From Clytia hemisphaerica (lineage: Eukaryota), in NCBI RefSeq assembly GCF_902728285.1, contig NW_027104315.1, positions 238,032 through 302,031 of the forward strand: DNA of 64,000 nucleotides. Direction: 5' to 3'. The notes under the pieces were generated by a model, which worked only from the letters and a program-made list of their open reading frames with translations, did no database searches and was not told the origin of the DNA. Positions 47,535-62,637 of this stretch are shown in pieces. Every line of letters begins with the position of its first letter. The first letter of the stretch is position 1. The translations under genes and the position numbers were made by a program.

Positions 47535-49774
47535 AAGAAACTTATTTGTATTCCCTAAAGCTAGTTGTATTGATCATTGTTAAAATATTTCGTTGAAAGT
47601 TTTATTTCTGTTCATGTTGTATTAAAAATTAAAGAACATTTTAAGATTGTTGTTGGAAGTATAATAGAGTAGATTGTTATGAAACTATTGATATTTATTA
47701 TTACCTAAAGCTAAGTTGTATTGATTTCATGTTAAAATATCTTGTTGAGAACCCTTATCATATATTTTTGTTCATATTGTATTTTATAAGATGATTTCTA
47801 TTCGGATAATGGTATTTCATTGTCATGTACCTCAAAACCCACAATTAGTTATTTCTTGTTTTCATAGGGTTTTTTTACTTGAAAGGCCTCATTTGTCCTT
47901 TTAAAGAGTATAGGAGATGGTATAATGATGATCTGATCTGATATTTAGCTTTTTCAAGCATTTTTCAAAATTTCGACTTATGTACCTCAAAAACACAATT
48001 TCTTCATTCTTTTGGTAATGTATTTTAGTAGTGCATTGTCAGTGAATGAAGGAATTAAAAGACATTTTTGTTCCTTGGGTTCATACTCCTTATACAGAAG
48101 ATACTTTTGAACCACCAGATGCAAACTTATGTTCAAGAACTTGGTCAAAAATCTGCAATTTGTTCAGATTTTTGCAAAAATTGAAGGAGAAAAGTTGCAG
48201 AATTAGCTAATTTGAGGTGACTTGTTTGAGTAAATCGAATATGTTTGCATTAAAAGTTCGAGAGAATTTATTAAGCATACCAGAAATGTAATTGTCAGCT
48301 TGGTAAAATCCATGTGTTTTCATTATGTAAACGAAAATTCTTACACATAGTTGTGACGTCGAAAAAGTCAAAACGGTAGAGAACATCGTAAATTCCTTGT
48401 CAATTAAGTAGTATAAAAAAACGAATCAATCGTAACCGGCATAGCAGGTTTTGTTTTCCCAGAGGAGAACTAAAAACGGCACATTACATTTAATGCGTGA
48501 GTGACTTTTTAAAGCTAAATATTTACATTTCTTTACATAATGGACATAATTCTGTAACTTTTTTGTTACATTGTTTTATATGTAATTGATTTTCAGTTCA
48601 TTTACTCCCAAGATAATTACTTCGTGCACTTTTAACGACTTTCAAATCAATAATCACTGTTTGTTACAATTCATTGCACATCGTGTCTTTTAGACGATTC
48701 CAATTTCATATAACTTGAGCTCCACCGCAGATGATTGAAAAAGTCAATTCTTCAGGTGCTTCAACTTCACAAACTTCGCCAATCCTGGTGGTGATAAGAT
48801 TTATATGAGAGGAATCGTCACGAAAAGCGGGAATAACTTATCGAAAAATGGAGATTCCCAAGATTGGCGAAGGCTAAAGAAAATCTTGGTTAAAGAAAAT
48901 CTCTTTGATCTTTCTTTTTTTTCTTTTGTTAATTGCTTGCGTCATTGATGACTTGCGAGGTATTTCTGATAATGAAAACACACGGATTTTACCAAGCTGA
49001 TTGTTACACTTCTGATACATACATATGAAAATGTAAAAGGTGTTAAGTGAAAATGTGGTTTTTGAGGTACCACGTGTTTCTGAGGTACATCTACCTGTAC
49101 ACACTTACCGCAAAAGCCGTCCACCCGTCAATCTTGCTTAACGCTTACCGCCCGTTTCAGAACAATTTCGATAAGCGTGTAATTACACGCTTAAAAATTC
49201 TGCCATTTTGATAACCGTGCAATTGCGCGCTTACGGCCTCGGAACATAAGCGTGCAATTGAGAGGATTTCCCAGACTGTATGTAGACCTGGAAAGACTTG
49301 TGATTTGATAAAACATTGAAATATAAACGAAAACTTTTAGATAATGAATATGATAATTTAAAATAAAATGTTATAATTCAGCATTTTAAATAAAGCTAAA
49401 AAGAAAATAGTGAATAAATAGATTTTACCTTGATTGAACACGAACCACCCGCCCTGACTGACCCGAGTTGATTAGAAAATAGAATTTTGACACCCTACCC
49501 TGGCCTTCATTCCACAAGATTGAAATGGAAAACATAGTTTAAAAAAATGAGAATACCTTGCCAGGTTCTTTGGTTTCCTATTATTTCTTGTTGGCTGCTT
49601 CTGACTACACATTTAACACATAGTATTTTTGACTGATTTTGACTGCTTTTTATCCGCCATTTTGAAACAAAGTGAAAGTAGATGTGATTACCCCGACGCA
49701 ACGCCCTAATTAGGCACTAACTCGAAATTCACGACGCCCGCATTCGGTCGGCTCCGCCCCGACGGGTATGGGTG

Positions 49775-50090
49775 GTGTTAACCATTGAGTTTTAAGCCCG
49801 AAGGGCTAGAGGTCAATCTGCTCTTACCTTTCTCAGGCAAGAAAAATTGAAGCCTTAAAATATGCGCCGTATTTTTGATGACGGATTGAATCTAGCTATT
49901 CCTTTGTTTTCGAGTGATATATTTTTCAAAAGTAAGCGGTAAATTTTAGTTTCAATCTGTCATTTGTGTAAAAACCAGGCGGGTCGCTCAAGGCTGCGCA
50001 ACTTTGGTAGGATTTGTTGGCTTCAAATCCTACCAAAGAGATCGACTTCTAGCCCTTCGGGCTTATACTTCATTGGTGTTAACCCTTTCC
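49775..50090. mobile_element. Second member of the AAGCCCGAAGGGCT-TIR MITE family, about 315 bp.
   Basis: TIR core and internal block are shared with the element at 52865-53156. Confidence 0.5.
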
Positions 50091-52864
50091 AGACGCATGA
50101 TTTCACGGCTATATGACGCGAACAAAAATTTGATTTTTGACTGGCTTCACTAAAGCAATAGAACGTGATTGATAAAAGATATCACGATAAGTAATACCTC
50201 ATTTTTTCACATGTAATAGACGTTTTGAAATACCAAAGAAAGTTTTTGATGAATATGGCTGGCAGTGACACCGAAAAATCGGCAGATTTTTTTTCGGAAC
50301 AGCAAAACTTTTGACTTTGAATAAAGAAATAGATTAAAAGGCATTTGCTTTGCGCCTTGAACTTTGAATATGATTTAGAGAATTGAATTACTGACTGGGT
50401 AAAAAAAATTTCATGTCATAAGCTTTCCAAGAACCTGAGTAAAGTGATTTTTCGGCCAAATTTTTGAGCAATTTTTCCCTTACAGATTTAGCCTGAGTAA
50501 ATTTACAACAAACATTGAAAATTTATAATTCTAGTTGTAAACAAAATATCGAAAAGCGGTTTTTCGCAGGTTACGGGAAATTCATCTCAAAATCATTATT
50601 CAAAACCATGTTATTGATACTGTATTTTGGCGCGAAAACGGTTAAAATCTTTTACAAAGCTATGGCGGGCCATGCGGTGGCCCGTCCGTGATATAGGAAA
50701 ACGATTTATGGGCCACCCCGTGGCCCGTCCGTCCGAAAATGGTTAAGGGCTAGAAAGCAGATGGTATGTGTATGGTATGGGTAAGATCGATCGTTCGGGG
50801 ATATTTCAAAAAATGTGTCTATAGTTGAACATTTTTGGACACGGTGGAGAGTATGTAAAAGTTTCCTGTAAATTATTTGTTTTTTTAACAAGTTTTCAAG
50901 ACCAATTTCTTATAATAATTTTCGGCTGATTCGCGAAAAATTAAATTCTCACAAAAGTTTCGAAAAAGCTAATTTATGCCTTATACTTAACCATAATACG
51001 TTCAGTATTATACGGGGTATTATACAATCATATATACAAAAATGACTCCAATGACAGCTTCTAATTAGAAGAACAAATTAAATCTGGCATCTGACGCTAT
51101 CAGTAAGCAGCAGCTTCGAGAAGTTGATTATAATACGCAACTCAGGTCTAATATGAGGCTGTGAAATCTACTCACTATCGAGATTTTGTCGTAAAATTAA
51201 TTCTGTTTCCAATATTAAACCAGTTTTAGGATTCCAAAATACCGAAAATATTTTATATGATTTATGAAATTCCAAAGTGAGAACAATCAATTTTGCAATA
51301 CAAGTACTGACATATCTTATGCGTCCAGTCTAGGTGAGTGAATATAATCAATATACCAAAGGAGAAATATAATAGACTATTGGCTTTCAACAAATTTGGA
51401 CCCAGTTCCCTACTTCGTTTTTAGGACTAGTAGTAGCACTTGTGATTGTATGTAATGATATAACGCCCATTATTAGTAAAACCAAAAATCTGTAAATGTT
51501 GTACGTGTTTAAGATTGAGTTTCTATAAAGTTTCTACGTTCAACTTTTGAATCTTCAAATTTGCAATGGACCTGTGCCTGTGGTAAAAAATCACCATATT
51601 AAATGATCAAAGGCACTTTTCCAAATGTATAGATGTATGAATTATTAATTGAATGAAATTATTGAAGATATGTGCATTAAAGATTTTGATTATCTCTAAT
51701 ACATAAACTCACCAATAATCAGTTGAGTTCAATTTAATGGAGATATGGAGACGAGGTTAAATGTTTTCTATTAATATTTCACCCAAAACGGGGGCGGATC
51801 AATGATTTTCGTCACGTTTTTGCAGTACCGTAGCAACTGAGGGGGGGGGGCAAGGGGGGGCTATGCCCTCCCCCCAATAGTTTTTTTAAAATGGTTATTT
51901 TGCAAAATGCAAAGTTTTTCTTTTTTAATTTGTCGTAATTGTCTTTATGTGCATGTTTTGAGTGTATTTTTAAGCAATCTAGAGCTCAAATTTTCAAAAT
52001 TTTCCCCCTCGAGCCAAACCATGGTTGGCCCTCGCGATGTCACTAAACTTCAGCCCCCCCCCCAATATGAAAATGCTTCCTACGGCACTGTTTGGACATT
52101 TCTATCTGTAATGTATGTATCCCTAATAAAGTTATGACCCGAAATATTCAAATTTCTGAAAGTGCATTGTAAAAAAGATATTTCAGGGCTCAATCAGAAA
52201 AGTATTTAAACTTTTGTCTTTGTATATTAGTCAGCAAATCGTATCAGTTGATTTTTTCACGGTATACGAGATATCTTAATTAGACTTAACAGCGATGGAC
52301 TTAAGCATGTTATACTGTTACCAAAGAGGGTGACTAAATTTTTGACGCATTTCTGAAATCTTTTCGCTGTTCTGTTTCTTCCCGTGCATACCAGAAAAAA
52401 TGTTTTTTTGCTGCGTACAACAACAACGACCTCGAGACTAACGGCTTAACTAATTGAATTTACTTTTCACAGAGTATTGGTCTGTTTCCGTTATAAGTGA
52501 CAATACTCTTCTTTTATAAGAATATACTTTATAAGAATATTTGTGATGAAATTGGCCAAAAAATTAAGAATATGGTAAGAATACTACCATCATGGAATTT
52601 GGCAACTGAACCTAAGAATGCCATTTTTAGAGCATTCTACCATTAAATTGCTAAAAGGTTCCACAAAAATGCCAAATTTTTGCTTGAGGTATTTATTACA
52701 TGCTAAATTTTGGCTGGGTTTGGATCAATACCTATGAATATCGTAAGAATATTTCAAGATGATTTTTCCCAAAAGGATGGAGAAACACCATTCTTATGAT
52801 GAAAACGCGTGTAGGATAGTTTAGCCGGGGATGAGAAAATTTAGAATCTATCCTACGGTACTTT

Positions 52865-53156
52865 TGTAAACATTGAGTTTCAAGCCCGAAGGGCTAGAGG
52901 TGAATTTTGAACTCTTCTAAGGCAAGAGAAATTGAAACCACTTATTTCCCATCCGCAAAAAGCACATAGAACGGGCCGTAATTATGACGACGGATTGTAT
53001 CTAGCAGTTTTAAATCTAGCGAAATATTTTAGTTTCAGTCCGGCGTTTGTATAAAAACTACACGCGGGCGTTCTGGATGGGAAATGCAAATCACTTATTT
53101 ATCACTTATATGAGTTTCGCCTCTAGCCCTTCGGGCTTGAAACTCAATGCTTGTAA
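52865..53156. mobile_element. MITE of about 290 bp with TIRs of about 35 bp, TTGTAAACATTGAGTTTCAAGCCCGAAGGGCTAGAGG and its reverse complement. Family copies also lie at about 49775-50090 and 62638-63205.
   Basis: Near-perfect TIR read directly. The shared palindromic core AAGCCCGAAGGGCT and internal block GATGACGGATTG(A/T)ATCTAGC link the copies. Confidence 0.55.
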
Positions 53157-54977
53157 ATCTTGCTGAATGTGTCATAATCACTGTTAAAATATTTGAAAAA
53201 GGTTCTCCTCTAAATTTATGAAAATCTTTTCAGTAATTAGGTATTCATCTCGTAAGAAACTCACCACGAAGGAGTGCAGAACACAGATTCTCTCCCAAGA
53301 TAATTATGTCGATAAGGAGGGAGTAATAGGAAATAACGGTCGCTCGTATAAATTACGGTTTTGAAAGAAATATGCGGCATCTGTTATCAATATTATGTGC
53401 TCCCAAGGGAGATTGCGATTGAAACCCAGGAGAAATATCTAAGGGAGAGGAAAGTATAAAACTGACACCAAATTTTGAAACTCAAACATAACAGAATTGA
53501 CAAAGTAACAGACACATCTTCGTCTCAAAAAATTTGTAAAGCTAAACATAAAAAAAATCTTGCACATTTTTTTACAAATTGTGTTTAAGCCTTTTTGAGC
53601 TGTTGGAACAAAAAGAAGCTTTTTATCAAAAGGACGACACTTTTTTTAGATAACGGTATGAGCTATTATGATATTATAGAAAAAATTTTTCTTAACAACT
53701 GTTTAACCATAAGAATCGGTAAGCTAAGAACGTGTTATAGTTGTTTCAACCAACCTCGTTGATACTAAGTGTTATATTTGATAAGGATATGAAGTTGGTG
53801 CAAAGTGTTGATTCTAACAGGAAATCATTACGCTAACCAAATGCCTAAAATTGGTAATAACCTTTCAAAGACGTTGTAAAGGAAATTCTAGGGAAAACAA
53901 ATATCGAATTTTAGATTTTTTATAAGAACTTTAACTATGGTACAATGAGTAATCTGCCTTGCTTAATGTAAGTTTTTGAAGAGCTGTGGTTTACTTTAAA
54001 AAGGAATTATAGTTTTTATTGTCTATTTTGTCTCAAAACTTACGATTAAGAGTTTTACTATCAACCCATATTTCAGCCCTGTTTTTTCTCGCTCTTTTCT
54101 CAGTCACTCAATCAAACACAATAAAAATTGTCAATATTCAAATAGACAAATAAAGGACCGTTGCTTAGATTAGTTTTTTTATAAGCACATTTTGAACAAT
54201 CTTTGGAGGGGCTTAAGAAATTCTTACGAGACTTTCACTTGAGATTTCGTTTCAACATATTTAGATCCTTTCGCGTTTATTTAACTTTTGTGACCTAGTG
54301 TCTTCATTAAAGATAAACTTAACTCCCTTGTCTCATTTTTGTGAGCTAGTTCTTCAGTAAAGATACAGTTACTTCCTTTTCTCAAACTCCCTTTTTGGGA
54401 GTTACTTAACGTGCGACTTGATATTTTGTAGAATAAGATGAACAAATGGCTGAATATTTGTCTTTTGATCTAAGGCCTTAAAAAGGAATATCGTATCCAG
54501 CTGGCCAAAAACATGTTCACTTATTTGCTCGGATCTAATCGGTCACTTCCCCGAAAGGGTTACCTGAAGTCAATTCATTATTAGCGATATTATATTCATT
54601 TAGCCTTCAGTCTAACTTCTTATAAAATTAGTTAATCTTATAACTAAAGGATAGAGCGATTAACATAACGACGTCTGTTATTTAGCTTTTGATTATAAAA
54701 GAATGACACAAAGGTAATTTGATGACGGTGACGATGAAATGACATATTTTCTATCTCTTTAAAAACAATGAACTGCTTTCAACCACTCCTCACCTCTGTA
54801 CTGCGCATGTCCTTAAAAGACCGTTTTTTCTTACTTCACCTTATTAGGTGATTTTTTATAAATAAACAAATGGGCTTGTCATTCGTATGTTGTCAGAATA
54901 AAAAGCAGTGATTTTTGAAGGGTTGAATTATTCCTCTTGGATATCTCCGAACTATCAGGACATAAGTCGAAACATTT

Positions 54978-54991
54978 CTGTCTTTTCTTAG
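54978..54991 (+). promoter_or_regulatory. Strong 3' splice-site-like motif ctgtcttttcttAG located 26 nt upstream of the actin ATG. It is a candidate 5'UTR-intron acceptor or spliced-leader trans-splice acceptor.
   Basis: A polypyrimidine tract plus AG was read directly. TATAAAT lies at about 54856. Confidence 0.3.
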
Positions 54992-54999
54992 ACATCTAA

Positions 55000-55320
<321 letters not shown>

Positions 55321-55775
55321 TAGCCTGTTTCTTCTGTCTTGAAAGGCTGTGCTTCTTGAGGGGAACTTCTTAACATTTGGGACAAAATTCTCCTTAATTT
55401 TTCAAAACTAAATCTCAAGTGAGTAAGGCCTGAAAAAATTTGTTACTTTGTACATGGGCGTGGTGCTATTTGTTCTACTGAATTGCATTTTCTTGAAACA
55501 ACAAAAAAGCTTTTTAAGTGAAACTGAAACAAAGATTGCTTCTTTTTGTGTATTATGCTTTCCTTGTTGAAAGAAAACAAACCTTGAGGTTGAGGGTTGA
55601 GGAAAACCTTGAAACTTAAACCTTTTTGCGTGGGTGTAACACTTTGAAAATTATTAAGCTAAATCTTTTAAGAAACTTGTTTGGGCGTTGGTTAAAGAAT
55701 TTAATTCTGATTTGTTTCATTTTTTTAATGAGCTTTCAAACCTTTACTTCAAACTGAAAACATTTAACTAGTTAA

Positions 55776-56391
55776 CCCTTTGAGTGCCAGGGTCCTTTTT
55801 TCTAAGTTTTTTTTAAAAAATCGCTAGTTCAAACTTTAAGGGCTTATATCTCCTGATCTAGAAGGAATTAGAAGCTCGTATATAGCTCGTTGGATAGCTT
55901 AGAGTCTCTTCTTTCTTTTGGGCGCCTTCGGCGCCGCCCGATTTAGGAAGGGCGTGGTGGGCGGCGGCCAAGGGGGGGGGGTAGGTTAGGGAATTAAAGC
56001 AGTCAGGCCCGCTGCGCGGACCTGACTGAACTGATGAAAAGGTGCCCAGTGGTAAAATTTCAAATCAATTCACTAGAAGACAGAATAAAGTAAAACAGGG
56101 CCAAATTTGGAGGTTCTTGGATCACTCGTTGACCAAAAATAGTCAAAAAACGGTCAGAATCTCAAAAAAGTGAATTTTTGTCAATTTTTTGCATTTTTTT
56201 TGACTTTTTTGCTTAAAATTTCGCTGGAAAGACTCACTTTTGAATTTTTTTTTGCTTGACCATAAAGGACAATCTAATTCCTACGAGTTCGACCAAAAAT
56301 AACGATTTCTAACTCAAACTGGGCATTACAGGAGGGCTTCGCCCTCCTATATAGCCCATGTCGTATATATACGACATCGGCACTTAAAGGG
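55776..56391 (+). mobile_element. piggyBac-like nonautonomous element (MITE, about 616 bp) inside the actin intron. It has 13-bp TIRs, CCCTTTGAGTGCC and GGCACTTAAAGGG, and is flanked by TTAA on both sides.
   Basis: TIRs were read directly and differ by one mismatch. TTAA sits at 55772-55775 and 56392-56395. Termini of CCC...GGG with a TTAA target are the piggyBac hallmark. No ORF is present. Confidence 0.55.
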
Positions 56392-56477
56392 TTAACACTT
56401 TTGATGGAATATCTTCCTTGTATTACATATGGTTCTTGACTTAACTTATTCTAAACATAATTATATTGTTTCCATAG

Positions 56478-57353
<876 letters not shown>

Positions 57354-59097
57354 ATTATTTATTTATTTTCTTCCAATTTTATTTTCGACTTATGTCTTCT
57401 TATGGTTCGAATTATGCAATTCTTTGTAAAAATTCCGTTATGTACATAAATACAATTTAACATACCAAAAAAATTAAACTTGTGTTATTCATTTCCCTTT
57501 CAAGTGTGAAAACTTAAGTATGCTCTGCCTTACTACACGTCTTTTTTATAAGAACATCCAAAGATTTTCAAACCTTCAGGTGGTTTTAACTTTCAAGCCT
57601 AAGAATGTTCATAACATTTTCGTATTTTCACCAGTATTTTTGTCCATATTCCTTTATCAGGTGTTTTAGAGTCAGCAAAGCCTTAAAATGTTCTTAACTT
57701 GTCCTTAACATTTTGGTCATCGATGCCTTATGTTCTTATATAGTTTGTTCTTATATTAATAAAAAACTTATCAATATTCATTTCTGAGTATTTATTGCTT
57801 TACCGTCTCAGTTAAAATAACTTAAAACTTTTCATTCAATATGTTCCTTGTTCGGAATGTCAGCTTTTGTTTTGTTTTTTGAATCGACATTTAATCAGTG
57901 TTCTTAATTTCCGAAAAATGTTGAGCTAAATAATTTCTGGTGTCTTTTGTTCAGGGTGTTACTTTAAACTTTATTGAGAAAGCGTGCAAGGCAATAAATT
58001 TATCCTTAGAAAATCCCGGGTTGGGTACTTAGGCAAAAATGGGTGCCGGGAATGTGCGAACCATGAGGGTCTATTTTTACACCCTCCAAAGTCTCTAAAC
58101 AGGGGCATAAAAACCATTATAAGCAATCAAGGTTCTTTAAGGCTTCCAAAATTACCAAAATCGACACCCTCATAGTGTCATAAATTTTTGAAATTTTGAC
58201 AAGAATTGGAAAACTTTGGCTGAAATTTTGGAAAAATAGTTTCTGTAAGGGTGGAACATGGTGGCAAAAACGTCGAAAAATGGGCAAATTTTTTAAATTC
58301 AGTCTCTCTCTCTCTATCAGTCGATTTTTGAACTTTGGTTTCTTCAACCTAGTACCCTTAACCCCGGGCTTAGAATAAACAGCCTCTATATATTATTGTA
58401 TACTCTGTTACTTCGTCTTAAGAGGGTGATTTGTTAGTTATGGTGCTTTCAGATTCCAAATATTTGGCTTTTCCAGTTAAAGTTCTTTTTTAGTACGTGA
58501 TTTCTTCTCAGTTGTATCCTATAGATTTCCAGATGAAAATTCCTGATCTCTTGAAATTCCTTGCCTTCATGAAATTCCTGGCCTTCATGCACCTTCTTCC
58601 CCTAAAGAATTTCGACCTCCTTAATAGAAAGTGGAGTACGGGCTGTAACAGATGTAAAAAATCCTGCATAACTAAAAATAAACAAAAAGAATGACAAATT
58701 TCATAAAGAACGACAAATTTTGCTGACCACAACCCCGACCGTAAGTGACTGTAAAACCCCTACGGATTCATTTTTCTTTGTTTATCACGAGAAATAACTA
58801 CACGTGGTTTAAAAGAACGACAAATTACGCATGCGAGTTACAATGGCAAGATTGAGAGAACCTCACTGTTAACCCGTATTACTTCGAATAAATACCCCTC
58901 CTTTAGGGAAAAATTTTCAATGAACGCCCCCCCCCCACCTCAAATAGACGCCCCCTTCGAATTTTAAAGCTGGCCTAGGAGGGGCGTTTATTTGAAACAG
59001 ACAGCAATAAGGAAGTAATACATAAAGAAAAACTTAGATATACAACAATAATTGTATTCTTTTTGTATTCGAACTGGTTTTTGACCCATTTTTACAT

Positions 59098-59515
59098 ACC
59101 TTATCGACCCTTTCTACGTCGGCCCTAATTTAACGTCGGCCCCTTTTACGCCGGTCCTTATTACGTCACAGACCGATTTTAGGCTTATTGGGGGCCAATT
59201 ATGGCCGTAAATAACTCCAAAGTTTGTTAGAATAGCAATATATACTTCAATTTACATTACAATATAATTTTTCAGTAGTAAACTGTTGAAAATTCCATTG
59301 AAATATGGAGTAAAACAAGGATATTTTTTTATTTTCGAATCATACCTAGAATCCTTTAAATAGAGAAAAATGGTCAGAAATTAACGCCACTTTTAAGTAA
59401 AATTTGTAAAATCTTGGCCCTTTTTACACCGGCCCTTTTAACGCCGGCCTTTATTACGCCAAGAGCCTAAAAATAACGCCGATAAGAGCCGGCGTAGGCC
59501 GATAAGGTATCTAAA
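59098..59515. mobile_element. MITE of about 420 bp with GATACCTTATCG(A/G)CC termini and subterminal CGGCCCTTTTACGCCGG repeats.
   Basis: Inverted termini and two direct subterminal repeat copies at about 59119 and 59418 were read directly. Confidence 0.4.
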
Positions 59516-61548
59516 TTGACATATTCCCACTCAAATGTTGATGAAAAGGCAAAATAAGGTTAATGTTAACAAAGTTACTGACCTCGTTTATAAATTATTC
59601 AATAAACGCCCCCTTCTTCTAAACCACACCCCTTTCTCATAGATCCAGTGGAATTTTTTCAGCCAGTGGACCAAAACTCGAATGGGATTGATATTTCCGT
59701 TTTGTTATTCCTGGGGTTTGAATTCCAGTGTTTTCAAGCCAGAAAAATCAGTTGGAATGGAAAAAATAATACAAGAATTTGCGGTGAGGATTGGCTTGTC
59801 TGAGTAATTTCAGCGGAGACGAAAAATTAGGGTAAAACTTTCCACCGAGGACGATATTTTTGCCCCCGCAGGAGCGCAGCGACGAGGAGGCACTCATAGT
59901 TTCACGCATAGATATTGGACTGGAATCTCGAAATTTTGTTGTTTTTTTGTTTTGTCGCGCAAGCATCCCCGTAGTTAGTCTCTTCCGTAAATGTTCGGTT
60001 TTTAGTAGTATGCGTATTTTCATATTACGTTATATGCTTTTACCATTATTACGTATTACAAATTATTAGTTTTGATTTAGCTTTGAAAAGCTGAAGCGAG
60101 TGTTATAAATGCAAATTATTTATGACAGTGTATGATATAACACGAATTACAATATTACTTGTGCAAATCAAAACAAACAAAATGGTAGACTAGTAAACCA
60201 CGTCGTTGTATTTCGCTGCAGATTAAACTTTCAATGGGATCTATTTTTTTATATGTTTTCTGAATACAACCCTGTCTTTCCAATCCACTCTCCCGCGGCA
60301 ATTTCTATTTTTTATAAGAACTCTTTATTATAAGCACTATTCCCGCGTTCCTGTGTCCAAGGAAAGACAGACGCTTGCTAGTCTAACAAAATGGCAGACT
60401 GGTTATGATGTTGAGCTGATTCATTGACTAGAAAAAATGTTTTGTATGTCAAATTTTGTTTCTTGTCTTTGAAACTGAATACTAAATACTGTAATTTAGT
60501 CAGAAGTTCATTTCAGCAATGATTTCAATTCTTTTTCTGGAATCTTTAAAGAAATTTGCTCAAGTTTTTTAATGTACGTACATTTGATATTTGATATTTT
60601 TTGTTCAAACTATAATTTATCTTTGTCTGTTATTATATTAATAACTAGCTTTATTCTTTATTGTTTATAGAGCTTCTTGAGCTTTAAATACCATAATATG
60701 GTCGTAACTCGAGAAAGTCCTTCTTAACTTAGTAAAACAAGATACCAGCAAAGTTCAAAAATGTTGAATGTATGCATATGGCCATATGTAAAGTTGAATC
60801 CAAAAGTGGTTGAATGAATGTTGAATGTCAATCAATGTAAACAAACTTTTTCTTTTGGATTTAGCTCACTTAGAGTGTATTCACTGTTTTAACATTCGTT
60901 TAACTTTACATGCGCATATTCAACTTTTTCTAAAATAACCTATATGCTCCAGTAGTTTGGTGAAATAGCTCCAATTCTGGCTTTCCAAGTTAAAAGGGAC
61001 TTTCCCGAAGGCATTTAACGGTGGTTAGACTAGATACACAGACAGTCATACGGAAACACAATAAAGTGAAAGTATATAGCTATAAACTCAAAAAGTCTAG
61101 CTTCCTGGAGGCACGTCTCTTCATTGTCTGCGCTGCGATCATCTTAATGGCTTTGATCCTTTCAGCTTGGAGAAAAGATTGCATCACATCATGAAAAAGT
61201 ACTATGCACTTGAAAAAAAAACTAAAGCGCATTTCAACTTTTCTCGACTGTAAGTTCGAATAGATCACAATGGCATTCGTTTATTTTTCTTTTGACCAAC
61301 AACATAGAAGATTTTGCTTGCGAAGTGCAATCACAGCGTCCACAAGAGGAGCCCGGGCCTTAACTAGGATTGGTTTCTATTTCACCCAATTTAAGATGGC
61401 GCAGAACTTTTTGATAAATTTTATACGTAGAATTTTCTTGACTATTGTTTATTAGGCAAAGTAGCAATAGAGAAGTGTTGAAATATAGGAGCCAATGAAA
61501 AAAGCAAGCTATTTCAGGCTATTTCTGATTGGTTGCCTTGTTGATTTA

Positions 61549-61731
61549 TAGACCTTTTTTAAAGAGGCAGCCATGTTGAATAATTATGTACTCCAGCATA
61601 AAAACAGTGATACAGCCATGCATAATTACTGTGTTATGCATATTTTAAAAATTATGCATGGCTGTATCATTGTTTTTATGCTGGAGTACATAATTATTCA
61701 AAATGGCTGCCTCTTGTTAAAAAAAGGTCTA
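61549..61731. mobile_element. Near-perfect palindromic foldback element of about 183 bp with arms of about 85 bp. It reads TAGACCTTTTTTTAAAGAGGCAGCCATGTTGAATAATTATGTACTCCAGCATAAAAACAGTGATACAGCCATGCATAATTACTG ... reverse complement. Flanks are consistent with a TA target, as in Tc1/mariner Stowaway-like elements. A second partial copy lies at 46805-46957.
   Basis: Read directly. ORF 61573..61890 is a chance frame through it. Confidence 0.5.
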
Positions 61732-62637
61732 TTCACCGCTATATATTTTGCCTACAATCTAAGATGTCTGCGGGATTATCAGAAAAGGTCTATTGTGAAT
61801 AATAATCATGACATATATTGCTGTAAGAAAGAAACTGGGAGAAAAAAACAAACAGGAGATGTGAAAACCAGTAAACTAACGATACCATAATTTTTGAAAT
61901 AAATTGTTGAGAAGCTTTTCCTTGAATTTTATCAAATTATCAAGCTGCATAAATTCTTCAAGTATTGTGTTAATGGAATATAATTTTTTTTTCAAGCATA
62001 TGCCTCAATCAATTAATCAATCATTCAATAATTAAATCAATCAATTATTCCTGATTATTTTTAATGCTTTAATCTTTAAAGCATTAAAAGCTTTATAAGT
62101 GCATGACATGATCTTCTGCGTGGGCATTTAGTGAAAGCTATGACTAGTAATAACCTTTTCCGTGGGAAGGGGTCCCAGTGGGTCCATGAGAAGGGGTGTG
62201 AAATTACACTAGCCCAACAGTCCAAAAGAAAATTTGGCATCATCTTTTGGTCAAATAATCATTCGGATTAAATGCAAAATTTCAGGCAGAAAAACGATTT
62301 CGAGATTATGTGATATTTCAATACTCATCTGTCTCTGTGTAGAACCTAATAACAGGAAACCCTAACTAGAAAATCATCTTTTTGTCCTTCTTTTCTTCCA
62401 AGCAGAAGTCGAATGAATAAAATATTGATTTCATGAATATGAGGTTCAGGATATTCCATTTCTAAAGGCTAATCAAAGAAGAACTCAAGGGATTCTAATA
62501 TTTCCAAAGAGTTTGATTTGATTTGGAAATTGACTTTGATTTCATCCCAATTTGAAATTCAATCTCAAAAAAATTGCATTCAAAGATTATTCCTTCTGGA
62601 TTTTTTCAGCTGGAAACAATAAATTTTCCACGGATCT

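Noticed and set aside
61573-61890. The 105-aa ORF.
   Set aside because: It runs straight through the 183-bp palindromic foldback element. It is a chance frame.
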